Source: Verrucomicrobiota bacterium (GTDB taxonomy: Bacteria > Verrucomicrobiota > Kiritimatiellia > RFP12 > UBA1067). From it: a DNA stretch of 64,000 bases. Of the stretch, positions 52,501-60,342 are shown piece after piece (within the stretch, counting starts at the first letter, position 1; each line of letters opens with the position of its first letter). Under the pieces are notes generated by a model. That model did no database searches. It saw only the letters and a list, made by a program, of their open reading frames with translations, and had not been told where the DNA came from. The stretch covers positions 6,550 through 70,549 of the forward strand of contig JAHFSX010000020.1 in the NCBI GenBank assembly GCA_023269675.1, read 5' to 3'. Both the position numbers and the translations under genes were made by a program.

Positions 52501-52925
52501 TAGGCGGCTCCGGTCATCTGGCCGTTCGCTCGGGAGAGCGCTTCGGCCGCGACCAGCTCGGGAACGATGCCGCGTTTGACCGGACCGAAGAAGGCGCTCT
52601 GCGTCGCCAGCAGGAAGAGGATCGCCAGCATGGGCCACGCCTGCCCCGAGAAAAGGGCGGGGACGGCCAGCAGCAGGATCGCCAGCTCGGACCCTTTCAC
52701 GGCGAGGATGATCGAGCGCTTGCCGTAGCGGTCGGCCAGGTTCCCCGCCCAGTTTGAGAAGAGGAGAAACGGGATCACCAGCAGCGCCGAGGCGAGGGTC
52801 AGGGTTTCGCCCAGGTCGCGGTGCAGCTCGGTGACGAGATAGATCACCGTGAGCATCTTAAACACATTGTCGATCATCGCGCCGATGGCCTGCGCGCTGT
52901 TGAGCCAGTGAAACGTCGTTTTCAT
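49554..52925 (-). CDS. Fusion of lysophospholipid transporter (MFS, LplT-like), PlsC-type acyltransferase and acyl-ACP synthetase (Aas-like)
   Basis: N-terminal MFS with about 12 TM helices. NHIAYAD (HX4D). IIFSSGSTGTPKGV AMP-binding motif. Start MKTTFHW with GGGAG SD. Confidence 0.85.
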   Translation of the reverse strand: MKTTFHWLNSAQAIGAMIDNVFKMLTVIYLVTELHRDLGETLTLASALLVIPFLLFSNWAGNLADRYGKRSIILAVKGSELAILLLAVPALFSGQAWPMLAILFLLATQSAFFGPVKRGIVPELVAAEALSRANGQMTGAAYLAIILGLFLPSLFVTTLHAGCFSILVGCVALSALGLFCAFRIAPTPAANRIARTSFWIIPDAVRTLNSLGQHVWLKRAALGTIAFSGLAALFQQNLVVYARDITALSVESSGFLFLLVAAGIALGALLTGRLSKHTIEIGLIPVGTLGLAAAITGLGLAHGHLVIGALLVLSGIAAGLCIVPLTAYVQEQAPEHNRGEIFGAIEFWSFAAMVVASALFYGMFNLLHVDSRLCMVLTGALGALASAWSLLRLPDFAVRFLVSRLARLIYRVEVRGLENLPREGGALLISNHIAYADAVIIQSATQRPIRYLMSRDIFKSWGWCRPLFKLTGAIPVHTSDGPRMLVKSLGDAREALLQGSLISIFPEGELTRTGTIQTFHKGFEKVVRNTGCPIIPVHLDNLWGSIFSFRYGAPGWRWPHRLPYPVTVRFGAPLPPSVSADEAREAVAALGAQTAEERAHRPGNTLPRRLLKQARRLWFCRILQDTLGQKATYGQLLAGAAALNRRLAPHIKGEQRVGILLPPSVAGVLANAALTLQGKTVVNLNWTVSAEAFRSAVAQSGLKHIVTSRKFTGAVSLPETPAGFLYLDDLLAGLTFSEQVRALAHALFGSAGSFAPAGEPRPADTACIIFSSGSTGTPKGVMISHANLLSNLDALQTLTRFGRKDTLCATLPLFHSFGYLGTLWWPLLARIPTAYHANPLQTSQVVRLIRDTRATTLLTTPTLLQAYMRRATAPDFAGLRHVFTGGEKLHTALADEFEHLFGLCPLEGYGTTELSPVVALSLPDRMAGAELCRGHKPGSAGRPLPNLAVQVVDPESGARLPAGESGLLLVKGPSVMQGYLNAPAKTAEVLRDGWYNTGDIARLDEDGFLFLTDRLTRFSKIGGEMVPHGAVEEALQQACGTSEPCVAVVSEEDDAKGEHLVVCFTPKAGSADTLHQALKRSGLPNLWIPSRAHFLAIPGIPVLGTGKTDLRAIRSFVQQAKCA

Positions 52926-53057
52926 GGTCTTGCTCCCTTGTCTGCTTTTTGAGAAAAATCTGTACGGGTTGTCGCTTGGCTCTCGGATGGGGCGGGTCCG
53001 CCGAACCCGCTCGGCCTTGGAAAACAGGCGTCTGGCTGTCCACGGCCGTTCGCTTAA

Positions 53058-53074
53058 ATGCAGGGCTCGGGCCA
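53058..53074 (-). promoter_or_regulatory. Candidate sigma-54 promoter (TGGCCC-N5-CTGCA)
   Basis: Minus strand TTGGCCCGAGCCCTGCAT. The invariant GG and GC are spaced N10. About 130 nt upstream of the ATG at 52925, next to the divergent sigma-54 activator gene. Confidence 0.45.
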
Positions 53075-53110
53075 AGTTAGAAGCTGTAGTCATAAGTACT
53101 TAATGGTGAA

Positions 53111-53185
53111 TATTTAATGTGTATACGTGAAAGAGCTGTTATAAACAGAATAGACATTAAATGCCTGTTACTGGTACATTTAATG
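53111..53185. promoter_or_regulatory. Three copies of YATTTAATGY in an AT-rich divergent region (candidate activator binding sites)
   Basis: TATTTAATGT at 53111-53120, ACATTAAATG (inverted) at 53154-53163, and ACATTTAATG at 53176-53185. Confidence 0.4.
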
Positions 53186-53186
53186 C

Positions 53187-54656
53187 ATGTCAGATAGAAA
53201 ACAACTGTCGGAGCGGGACCGCGTTTTTTTTGTCCGCGTGGCGAAGTCCGCCTTTACGAACCCGTTCGGCGACGAGCGGGAGCAGTCGGACCGCCAGGCC
53301 GCGGGTTCCGAGCCCGACGCCACGTTCGAAAAGGTGTTCGAGAGCCTGCTGGCGGAACTGGCCCAGCGGATTCAGGCGTTGGAACGCGCCGGCACGGTTG
53401 ATTGTCGGCGCTACCGGGGAGATGACGGGGAGAACCTGGCGACCGGGATTCTCTTCCACGTGTTCCACCAGTACCTCGAGCCGTTTGACGCGCTGATCCA
53501 GCGGCAGATCGAGGCGGGCGGCGAAGCGTGTGCCGCGCCCTTCACCGGGGAGGTTTTCGCGACGTTGCTGCGCTACGGGTTCACGCGCGAAGAGGCGGGA
53601 AAGTATGTCGCGGTCTTCTACCAGACCCGTCGGGCATTCTTCTTTATATCCCAGAGCCTCGTCGGCAACAGCCCCTGCATGAAGCAGCTCCGGAAGCGGC
53701 TGTGGGACAACATCTTCACGCACGACAGCCGCTGGTATGTCCGCTGCTTCTGGAACCGCATGGAGGATTTCTCCACGCTGCTTCTGGGTGAGACTGGAAC
53801 CGGCAAAGGCGCGGCGGCGTTCGCGTTGGGACGATCCGGCTTCATCCCGTATGATCCGCCGCGCCGCTGTTTCACCGAGAGCTTCACCCGCGCGTTCGTG
53901 ACGATCAACCTCTCGCAGTATCCCGAAACGCTGATCGAGTCCGAGCTTTTCGGACACCGCAAAGGGGCCTTCACCGGCGCGGTCGAGAAACACGACGGCG
54001 TTTTCTCAAGGTGCAGCCCGCACGGCGCGATCTTTCTCGACGAGATCGGCGACGCGGGGGTGCCGGTGCAGATCAAGCTCTTGCAGGTCTTGCAGCAGCG
54101 CACCTTTTCGCCGGTGGGCAGCCACGAGGAGCTCAGGTTCGGGGGGCGCGTGATCGCGGCCACCAACCACTCGATCGACGCGTTGCGCCGCCGGGGTACG
54201 TTCCGCGACGATTTCTTCTACCGTCTCTGTTCCGATCAGATCGTCATGCCGCCATTGAGCCGGCGCATCCAAGAGATGCCCTCGGAGCTGGAGATGCTGG
54301 TGCGGCACATTCTCAAGCGCCTGAGCGGAGAGGCGTACGGTGCCGTGATGGATCACGTCTTGGCGGTGCTTCGCGCGGAGTTGGGCGGCGGCTACGCCTG
54401 GCCGGGCAACGTGCGCGAACTCGAGCAGGCGATACGCCGCATTCTGTTGACCGGCACCTGTCAGGGCGACAGCGGGGCGCCGCGGTCCGGCGACGAGGCT
54501 GATGTCGCGGCGGCCCTTGACCGCGGGGAGCTCACCGTCAAAGAGCTCACCGCCGCCTACTGCCGCCGGCTTTTTCATAAATCCGGCCGCTACGAAGAGG
54601 TGGCCAAACGCACCGGGCTCGATTGGCGCACGGTCAAAAAGTATGTCGAGCCCTGA
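53187..54656 (+). CDS. Sigma-54-dependent transcriptional activator (AAA+ EBP with C-terminal HTH, no receiver domain)
   Basis: LLLGETGTGKG, ESELFGHRKGAFTGA, GAIFLDEIGD, RVIAATN, EVAKRTGLDWRTVKKYV. Confidence 0.9.
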   Translation: MSDRKQLSERDRVFFVRVAKSAFTNPFGDEREQSDRQAAGSEPDATFEKVFESLLAELAQRIQALERAGTVDCRRYRGDDGENLATGILFHVFHQYLEPFDALIQRQIEAGGEACAAPFTGEVFATLLRYGFTREEAGKYVAVFYQTRRAFFFISQSLVGNSPCMKQLRKRLWDNIFTHDSRWYVRCFWNRMEDFSTLLLGETGTGKGAAAFALGRSGFIPYDPPRRCFTESFTRAFVTINLSQYPETLIESELFGHRKGAFTGAVEKHDGVFSRCSPHGAIFLDEIGDAGVPVQIKLLQVLQQRTFSPVGSHEELRFGGRVIAATNHSIDALRRRGTFRDDFFYRLCSDQIVMPPLSRRIQEMPSELEMLVRHILKRLSGEAYGAVMDHVLAVLRAELGGGYAWPGNVRELEQAIRRILLTGTCQGDSGAPRSGDEADVAAALDRGELTVKELTAAYCRRLFHKSGRYEEVAKRTGLDWRTVKKYVEP

Positions 54657-54685
54657 GGGATTCTCGTGAGGCCGGCCACGCGCTT

Positions 54686-57600
54686 TCAGCTGGCAGGGAC
54701 CCACTCGTAGACGGGCGCGGGCGGCTCAAGGCGCAGGTCGGCCCAGGCGCCCCAGTCGCCGGAACTGTTGTCCTTCGGACCCGCGTCGGTGATGAGCAGG
54801 AGTGAGACGGTCTTGCCGGCCCAGGGCGTCAGCGCGCCTTCCAAGGGAAGCCAGGCGTGCGTGATGACCGTGCTGTTTGCGATCTCGGTGCGCTTCCCGT
54901 CCGCGTCTTCGATGACCGCGCGGAAGAGGATGCCGTCGCCGAGGTCGCTGCCGTCCTGTTTGCCGACCGAGCACCGGAGAAACAGCGGCTGCGGCGGCAG
55001 CGTGAGCGCGTAGCGGGCGAAGGTGTAGCCGGTGACTTTGCTGTAAGGCGGGTGCATGAAGAGGCCGCGCGTTTTCAAGGTGCCGCCGCAGGTCGACGAG
55101 GCGGTGTAGAGCTGTGCGCCGCTGGACGGGTCGAGCGGCGTCTCGGCCCCTTTGCGCAGGCACATGCCGGCCGCGCGTACGGCGGGGAGGGGCATGTTCT
55201 GAGACAGGTCGGGCTGCCGCGTCAGCTTGCGCGTGACCGGTTTGATGTCGCCGGCATCGTTGAATTTCAGCGAGAAGGTTAAGGTTTCGGAGCGCTCAGC
55301 TGCCGGCGGCAGAGCCAGTCGCCGCGACACGTTGGTTCCGGGTTCGAGGATGAAAAGGTTTTCGACGCCTTCGCACAGCAGGCACGCGGCGCACGGAAAA
55401 GTCAGGCGCGAGACCGGGCGAACGAGCAACGTCCCGTGCTCGACCGAGGCCGTGACGCTGACGGGTTCGACCACCGTGAAGTCGATCCACGCGTTCTCGA
55501 AGGTCCGCCACACGCGTGCGCCGGGCTTCGCGTCGGGCGGGATCACGACCGCGTGCGCCGCGCTGCCGCGCACGGTGAGGCGCTCGCCGGCGACGACTTC
55601 CGCGCGGTCGCAGGTGAGCGTCGCCGCGGGGGGCGGCAGGGCCCTGCGGACGCGGTAGGCGAAGGCGTTCGTGACGGGCTGCACATAGCTGAGGCCGCGC
55701 GCGGCGCGCACCTCGGCGGGGCCGATCACGGCGTCGGCTTTGTCGAGGGCGATGGCTTGGGTGACGGTAAAGGGGAAGCCGGCTTCGGTGGTTTTATAGA
55801 GCAGGATCTCGGCGACATTTTTCGGCAGGGACCGGCAGATGGCGACGCCGGCGCTGGCGCCTTCGGGGAAGCGTGTGAACGTGCCGCGCCCGTCGATGTA
55901 GGTGTAGTCGGGCGAGACCGAGAGGTCGGCGCGGTGGCCGTTGAGCTCGCCGCTGAACACGCGCACGGTGCCGTTTGAGCCGCAGCCCCAGTAGCCGTTG
56001 GGCGGCAGGTCGAGCGCGGTGCCGTCGACTTGGATTTTCAGGCGCTCGCTCTTGTGGCCGTTGACGGCGGTGACGCAGCCGTTGGCGTACCGGGTGACGA
56101 GCTGGGAGCGGCGGAAGACGTCGTTCGCGACCGCGGCCGAAGTGTCGAACGTTTCGCCGTCGGGGCCCACGTAGCGGATGGAGTCGGCCGAGGCCTGGGT
56201 GTAGAGGCTGGCGAGGGCCTGCAGCATGTAGTAGCTGCGCAGCTCGCCGTCGCGCCCGTGGATCAGGAAGCCGGGATGGCCGAAGGCGACCGTCGCCGCG
56301 AGGAAGCGGTCACGGGCGGCATCGGGGCCTTTGGGCTCGCTGTGGCCGGGATAGAACATGTCGGGGTTGCCCATGCCGAAGTTGCAGCAGAGGTCGTGCA
56401 GCTTGCGGAGGTCGAAGTCGACGAGCCACGGGCTGTCGGCGGGCTGGTAGCTCTGGTCCTGGGCGTAGTTGCCGTCGGTCAGGCCGCAGTAGGGGAAGTG
56501 GTTGTTGCCCTCGGAGTAGACCGGCCCGTTCCAGGCCGCCTTCTGGAGCAGCATGATTTCGCCGTAGGCGTAGAAGACGGCGGCGAAGGTGCCTGCGCCG
56601 GGCACGCGGGCGTCGAAGTCCACGCGGCTCCAGGGGGTGACCGCAGTGTGGACGTCGCAGTAGGCGGTGCTGAAGCCGAACTTCTTCTCGATGACCGGCG
56701 AGAACTTTTCGCAGAACTCCACGGCGCGGGCGGGCTTGGGCGCGTAGCAGCGCTCCCAGGCCTGCTGGAGCTGGTTGTCGGCGGTGCGCGAGATCAGGTC
56801 GAAGCTCCAGCAGCCGTTGACCGGCGCGAAGTCGGTGAAGTTGTTGTAGGGCCCGTACACGAAACCGAGTTCGTCCTGCATGATGCGCGCGTAGCGTGCC
56901 TGTCCTTCGGAGCCGCCTTTTTGGGGAGCGGGCTCGGTGCGGAAAGTGAAACTCTCGTTGCCGTCGCGCCAGCCGGTCTCGTGGTCGGTGACCACGAGCC
57001 GGGTCATGCCCCACCGGTGCACGTCGCGCCAGTAGGCGACGTCGCGGGCGCGGTTGCTCGCGCCGTGGGCGCGCCAGACGCGCGTGCCGGTGACGTGCTT
57101 CCACGGCGAGGCCGGGTTAGGGATGTTGGGCAGCACGTCCTCGAACTTCGGCGAGAGCGTGAGCACGAAGCGCTCGAAGCAGGGGTTGCGCGTGCCGTCG
57201 GTCTTGGGCAGGTAGCGCGTGCCGCCGTTGCTGGCGAGCGCGCCGTCGAAGCGCTGGTTCTCGGCCCACAGCGTGGAGGCGTTGGACTGGGTCCAGTCGA
57301 TGTGCGCCATGAAGAAGAGCGGCGCGGCGACCGTGCCGGAGACGACGACGGCGGGACGCGCGAGCCCGTCCGCTGCGCCGTAGGTGTAGTAGGGGAGGGT
57401 CACGAGGCGGGGGCTTGCGAAGCCGCGCGTGGCGCCGAAGCGCACCTCCTGCACGTGGCCTCCGTCGGCCGCGAGGTCCATGACCAGCGACTTGCCGATG
57501 AGGCGGAAGCGGAGCTCGACGTTCGAGGCGCGGTTGCTGGCCATGAGGCGGCCCGTGTAGGTGACGCTTTTGCCGTCGGAGGCGACGCGCACATCCTCGT

Positions 57601-58549
57601 GGGAGGCGCGGGACGGGGCGGACGTGCCATCCTCGGGTACAAAGTAGACCCCGCCGCCCAGGCAGACGGGAACCCAGTCGCCGGTGTCGTCCCAGCGCAG
57701 GGCGAGGTCGTCCCAGGCGCCGGCTTGGGCGGGCAGGCGGACCTCGAGGCGGCCGTCCTCGCCGTCGCGGATCAGGAGGTAGCGGCCGGTGCCGCCCTTG
57801 GCGACGCGCGTCACGCTCGGGGCGGAGTCGCGCGGGATAATGGTGAGGGGCGTGTCCGGGAAGGGCAGGGTGGCGGGGCCCGTGTTCACGCCGGGGGGGC
57901 AGTCGGGGAAGAGCCGCGCGCCGCGCTGCGGGCGGGGCGTGAAGGTGAGGGGCGCGAAGGTTTCGGTGAAGACCGCCAGACTGTTGAGGTAGAGCGTGCG
58001 CGCCCCGGTGTTGTGGCCGTTGGTGACGGTGACCGAGAGCAGCCGGCCTCCCTTGGCGGCACGCGGCATCAGGCCGGCGTCGAGGCGGCGGTGGCAGAGG
58101 AACCACTCCTGGAAATGGACGGTGGCCAGGTTGACCGAGAACGGCAGGCCTTCGGCATCGGCGAAGTTGACCGTGACGCTGACGGGCGGGGTTTGGGGAT
58201 CGGGGGCGTAGCTGTGGTTGTTGCCGTAGATCCAGCAGGTGACGGCGTCGAAGGCGCCGGTGATGATGACGGGCTCGGGCGGATAGAGTGTCACGCGCGG
58301 CTCTTTCCCCGTGGCACGGTAGGTGAGTTTGGCCACGGCATCGCCGAAGAGCAGGACCTCCTGCGAGCGTTCGAGGCGGGCTTCGGCCTCAACGGTCTCG
58401 ACGCGCCAGCCAGCGACGTCCGTGAAGGGCACCAGCGCCGGGTGGTCATCCTGCATGCGGTGCGCCCAGACCATCTCATACGGGCGTTCGCCTGCGGCGA
58501 GGAGTCCGGCCAATAACGAGAGCGTTGCGGTGATGAGAAAGGTACGCAT
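54686..58549 (-). CDS. Large secreted hypothetical protein (1287 aa)
   Basis: Start MRTFLITATLSLLAGLLAAG. High GC3 throughout. I recognise no family. Confidence 0.8.
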   Translation of the reverse strand: MRTFLITATLSLLAGLLAAGERPYEMVWAHRMQDDHPALVPFTDVAGWRVETVEAEARLERSQEVLLFGDAVAKLTYRATGKEPRVTLYPPEPVIITGAFDAVTCWIYGNNHSYAPDPQTPPVSVTVNFADAEGLPFSVNLATVHFQEWFLCHRRLDAGLMPRAAKGGRLLSVTVTNGHNTGARTLYLNSLAVFTETFAPLTFTPRPQRGARLFPDCPPGVNTGPATLPFPDTPLTIIPRDSAPSVTRVAKGGTGRYLLIRDGEDGRLEVRLPAQAGAWDDLALRWDDTGDWVPVCLGGGVYFVPEDGTSAPSRASHEDVRVASDGKSVTYTGRLMASNRASNVELRFRLIGKSLVMDLAADGGHVQEVRFGATRGFASPRLVTLPYYTYGAADGLARPAVVVSGTVAAPLFFMAHIDWTQSNASTLWAENQRFDGALASNGGTRYLPKTDGTRNPCFERFVLTLSPKFEDVLPNIPNPASPWKHVTGTRVWRAHGASNRARDVAYWRDVHRWGMTRLVVTDHETGWRDGNESFTFRTEPAPQKGGSEGQARYARIMQDELGFVYGPYNNFTDFAPVNGCWSFDLISRTADNQLQQAWERCYAPKPARAVEFCEKFSPVIEKKFGFSTAYCDVHTAVTPWSRVDFDARVPGAGTFAAVFYAYGEIMLLQKAAWNGPVYSEGNNHFPYCGLTDGNYAQDQSYQPADSPWLVDFDLRKLHDLCCNFGMGNPDMFYPGHSEPKGPDAARDRFLAATVAFGHPGFLIHGRDGELRSYYMLQALASLYTQASADSIRYVGPDGETFDTSAAVANDVFRRSQLVTRYANGCVTAVNGHKSERLKIQVDGTALDLPPNGYWGCGSNGTVRVFSGELNGHRADLSVSPDYTYIDGRGTFTRFPEGASAGVAICRSLPKNVAEILLYKTTEAGFPFTVTQAIALDKADAVIGPAEVRAARGLSYVQPVTNAFAYRVRRALPPPAATLTCDRAEVVAGERLTVRGSAAHAVVIPPDAKPGARVWRTFENAWIDFTVVEPVSVTASVEHGTLLVRPVSRLTFPCAACLLCEGVENLFILEPGTNVSRRLALPPAAERSETLTFSLKFNDAGDIKPVTRKLTRQPDLSQNMPLPAVRAAGMCLRKGAETPLDPSSGAQLYTASSTCGGTLKTRGLFMHPPYSKVTGYTFARYALTLPPQPLFLRCSVGKQDGSDLGDGILFRAVIEDADGKRTEIANSTVITHAWLPLEGALTPWAGKTVSLLLITDAGPKDNSSGDWGAWADLRLEPPAPVYEWVPAS

Positions 58550-58669
58550 AGGTTTAGCGGGTTGCGGGAGTTCGGTGGAAGCGGCATACGATAACGATAG
58601 GTCAGACAGTCTAAAGGTTGGGGGGGCGGCTGGCAATCGGATAAACGGCCATGGCCGCAAGAGCCAGTC

Positions 58670-58702
58670 GCACGCCCGGGGATGGGCGTGCCACATTCAA
58701 GG
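58670..58702. repeat. REP-like element, partial copy C (inverted orientation)
   Basis: GCACGCCC-ggggat-GGGCGTGC-CACATTCAAGG is the reverse complement of the second hairpin of copies A and B. Confidence 0.8.
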
Positions 58703-58725
58703 AGGCGCCCCGCGCGGAGATGCGG

Positions 58726-58767
58726 AAAAAACGAACGCCGCGCGGCACGGGGTGCGGCGCGGCGTTC
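58726..58767 (-). terminator. Rho-independent terminator downstream of 58820..59377
   Basis: GAACGCCGCGC-13 nt-GCGCGGCGTTC, followed on the minus strand by GTTTTTTCC. Confidence 0.7.
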
Positions 58768-58782
58768 GGATCAGATGAACGT

Positions 58783-58815
58783 CCAACGCTGAACGCTCAA
58801 CTTTCAACACTCAAG
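58783..58815. repeat. Tandem CAACGCT-type heptamers at a gene 3' end
   Basis: CCAACGCT GAACGCT CAACTTT CAACACT CAAG. Confidence 0.7.
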
Positions 58816-58819
58816 CGGT

Positions 58820-59377
58820 TCACTTGGCCAGGGAGGCCTCGTACTTGCCGCGCCAGAAGACGGTGATGTAGCCGAACGTCAGGCCCAGGGCGCAGTAGAT
58901 CAGCTCGGCCTGTGTCGCGTAGAGGAACTTCGTGTTCTCGTCCCCGCCCGGGACGGCCGCCGTCAGCGCGGCGTGGCTGAGCGAGGCGAAGAAAGCGCCC
59001 GAGCCGATGAAGAGCGCGGGCACCATGTTCTTGAGGTTCTCGCTCATGATCGCGGGGATCACGACGATGAAGACCGCGATCGCCAAGGTCAGGTTCATGC
59101 CGCCGACGAAGGGCAGCCCCTTGATTCCGGGCACGCCGGTCAGCTTGAGGATCGCGATCGAGGCGAGGATGCCGGTCAGGTAGCCGATCCACGCCTTCAC
59201 GCCGTTCATCGGCGTGCAGCCCGCGACGAAATAGACGGCCCAGGCCTGAAACGCGATCCACATCATGTCCATGCCGTGCGTGACCTTCGGCACAAACGCG
59301 TCGACGAGAACGAGAATCGCGGCCTGGAGGGCCAACCCGCACGACACCACAAACAGTTGCTTATGAGACAGAGCCAT
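58820..59377 (-). CDS. Multi-pass inner-membrane protein (possibly DUF1097/YcdZ-like)
   Basis: 185 aa with about 5 hydrophobic helices. The start could be GTG at 59386. Family assignment is tentative. Confidence 0.7.
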   Translation of the reverse strand: MALSHKQLFVVSCGLALQAAILVLVDAFVPKVTHGMDMMWIAFQAWAVYFVAGCTPMNGVKAWIGYLTGILASIAILKLTGVPGIKGLPFVGGMNLTLAIAVFIVVIPAIMSENLKNMVPALFIGSGAFFASLSHAALTAAVPGGDENTKFLYATQAELIYCALGLTFGYITVFWRGKYEASLAK

Positions 59378-59511
59378 CTTCCTCACCCTTTTTCTTTGAT
59401 TTCAGGGCACGTCACCGGCACCCGTTGCCCGTGCTTCCGCGCCTTGAATGCCGCAGTTTAGCGGAATCGGGCGGGTGATGCAAAGGCGAAGATGCGAACC
59501 GAGGCAGCTTT

Positions 59512-59571
59512 CCATGCGCAGGGATGCGCATGGCACGTTCCGGGAAGTGGCACGCCCATCCTTGGGCGTGC
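59512..59571. repeat. REP-like double-hairpin element, copy B
   Basis: CCATGCGCA-ggga-TGCGCATGG-cacgttccgggaagtg-GCACGCCC-atcctt-GGGCGTGC. Confidence 0.9.
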
Positions 59572-59587
59572 GGGAGCGGGTGTCCGG

Positions 59588-60130
59588 TCAGCGAAGGGCC
59601 GTGGCGCCGAGGCCGATGAGGAAGAGCCCGAGCAGGGCGTCGAGCGCGCCTGCGAGACGGAAAAGGGCGGGGCGCTGGGTGAGCCAGACGATGGCCTGCC
59701 GCATCTTCCACGGGTAGAGGATCAGGATCATGCCTTTGACGATGCAGAGGTAGGCGAGCGTGACGAGCACCAGCCGCCACGGCGAGGCATGGACGCGGGC
59801 GGTGTGCAGCAGCTCGTAAGGGAACAGCACCAGGATCCCGCCGAGCGCGCGGCAGGTCAGCAGGTTGTCGAGCCAGAACCAGGTGAGGGGAACGCAGACC
59901 AGGACGGCGGCGGGCAGAAATTTCTTGAACGGCACGAGGAAGTCGAGCTGCATGGTCCAGAGCGCGTAACCGGCCCAGATCCAGGCGACGGTGCTGAGGA
60001 CGCGGCCGGCGGCCACGCTGCGCGGCAGGGCGTTGTAGAAGCGGGCGAGCGGCGCGGGCGCGGCAACAATCGCAGCGCCCATCAGGACGCAGATCAGGCC
60101 CAACAGATAGCACCAGCAGGAAAGAAGCAT
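59588..60130 (-). CDS. Hypothetical integral membrane protein (180 aa)
   Basis: Start MLLSCWCYLLGLICVLMGAAIV. About 5-6 TM helices. Confidence 0.7.
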   Translation of the reverse strand: MLLSCWCYLLGLICVLMGAAIVAAPAPLARFYNALPRSVAAGRVLSTVAWIWAGYALWTMQLDFLVPFKKFLPAAVLVCVPLTWFWLDNLLTCRALGGILVLFPYELLHTARVHASPWRLVLVTLAYLCIVKGMILILYPWKMRQAIVWLTQRPALFRLAGALDALLGLFLIGLGATALR

Positions 60131-60218
60131 GGCAGAAACTCCGTTTTGAAAGATGTGGGCGGTATTAAAGCACAATGGGGAAGGTGAGGGGAAGGAGAGA
60201 GTTGTGCAGTGCATGAGC

Positions 60219-60341
60219 GGGTTAGTTCATGAGTTCATTAGTGCGAAGAGGTGTAAGCGCCCGCCGTGCGAGGCTGGATTTCCCTGGAAGCAACTCATGA
60301 ACTCATGAACTAGCGCACTAAGGCACTAATGAACTTCTTCC
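60219..60341. repeat. Inverted pair of CACTAATG-type octamer arrays flanking a 46-nt GC-rich core
   Basis: GGTTAGTTCATGAGTTCATTAGTGCG ... CAACTCATGAACTCATGAACTAGCGCACTAAGGCACTAATGAACTTCTTCC. Same motif as the island arrays. Confidence 0.85.
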
Positions 60342-60342
60342 C

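Noticed and set aside
53172-53188. Second sigma-54-like site on the + strand (TGGTACATTTAATGCAT, GG-N10-GC)
   Set aside because: Its -12 element abuts the only plausible start codon (53187) of the activator gene, so a transcript from it would lack the start. It is probably an AT-rich chance match or part of the operator boxes.
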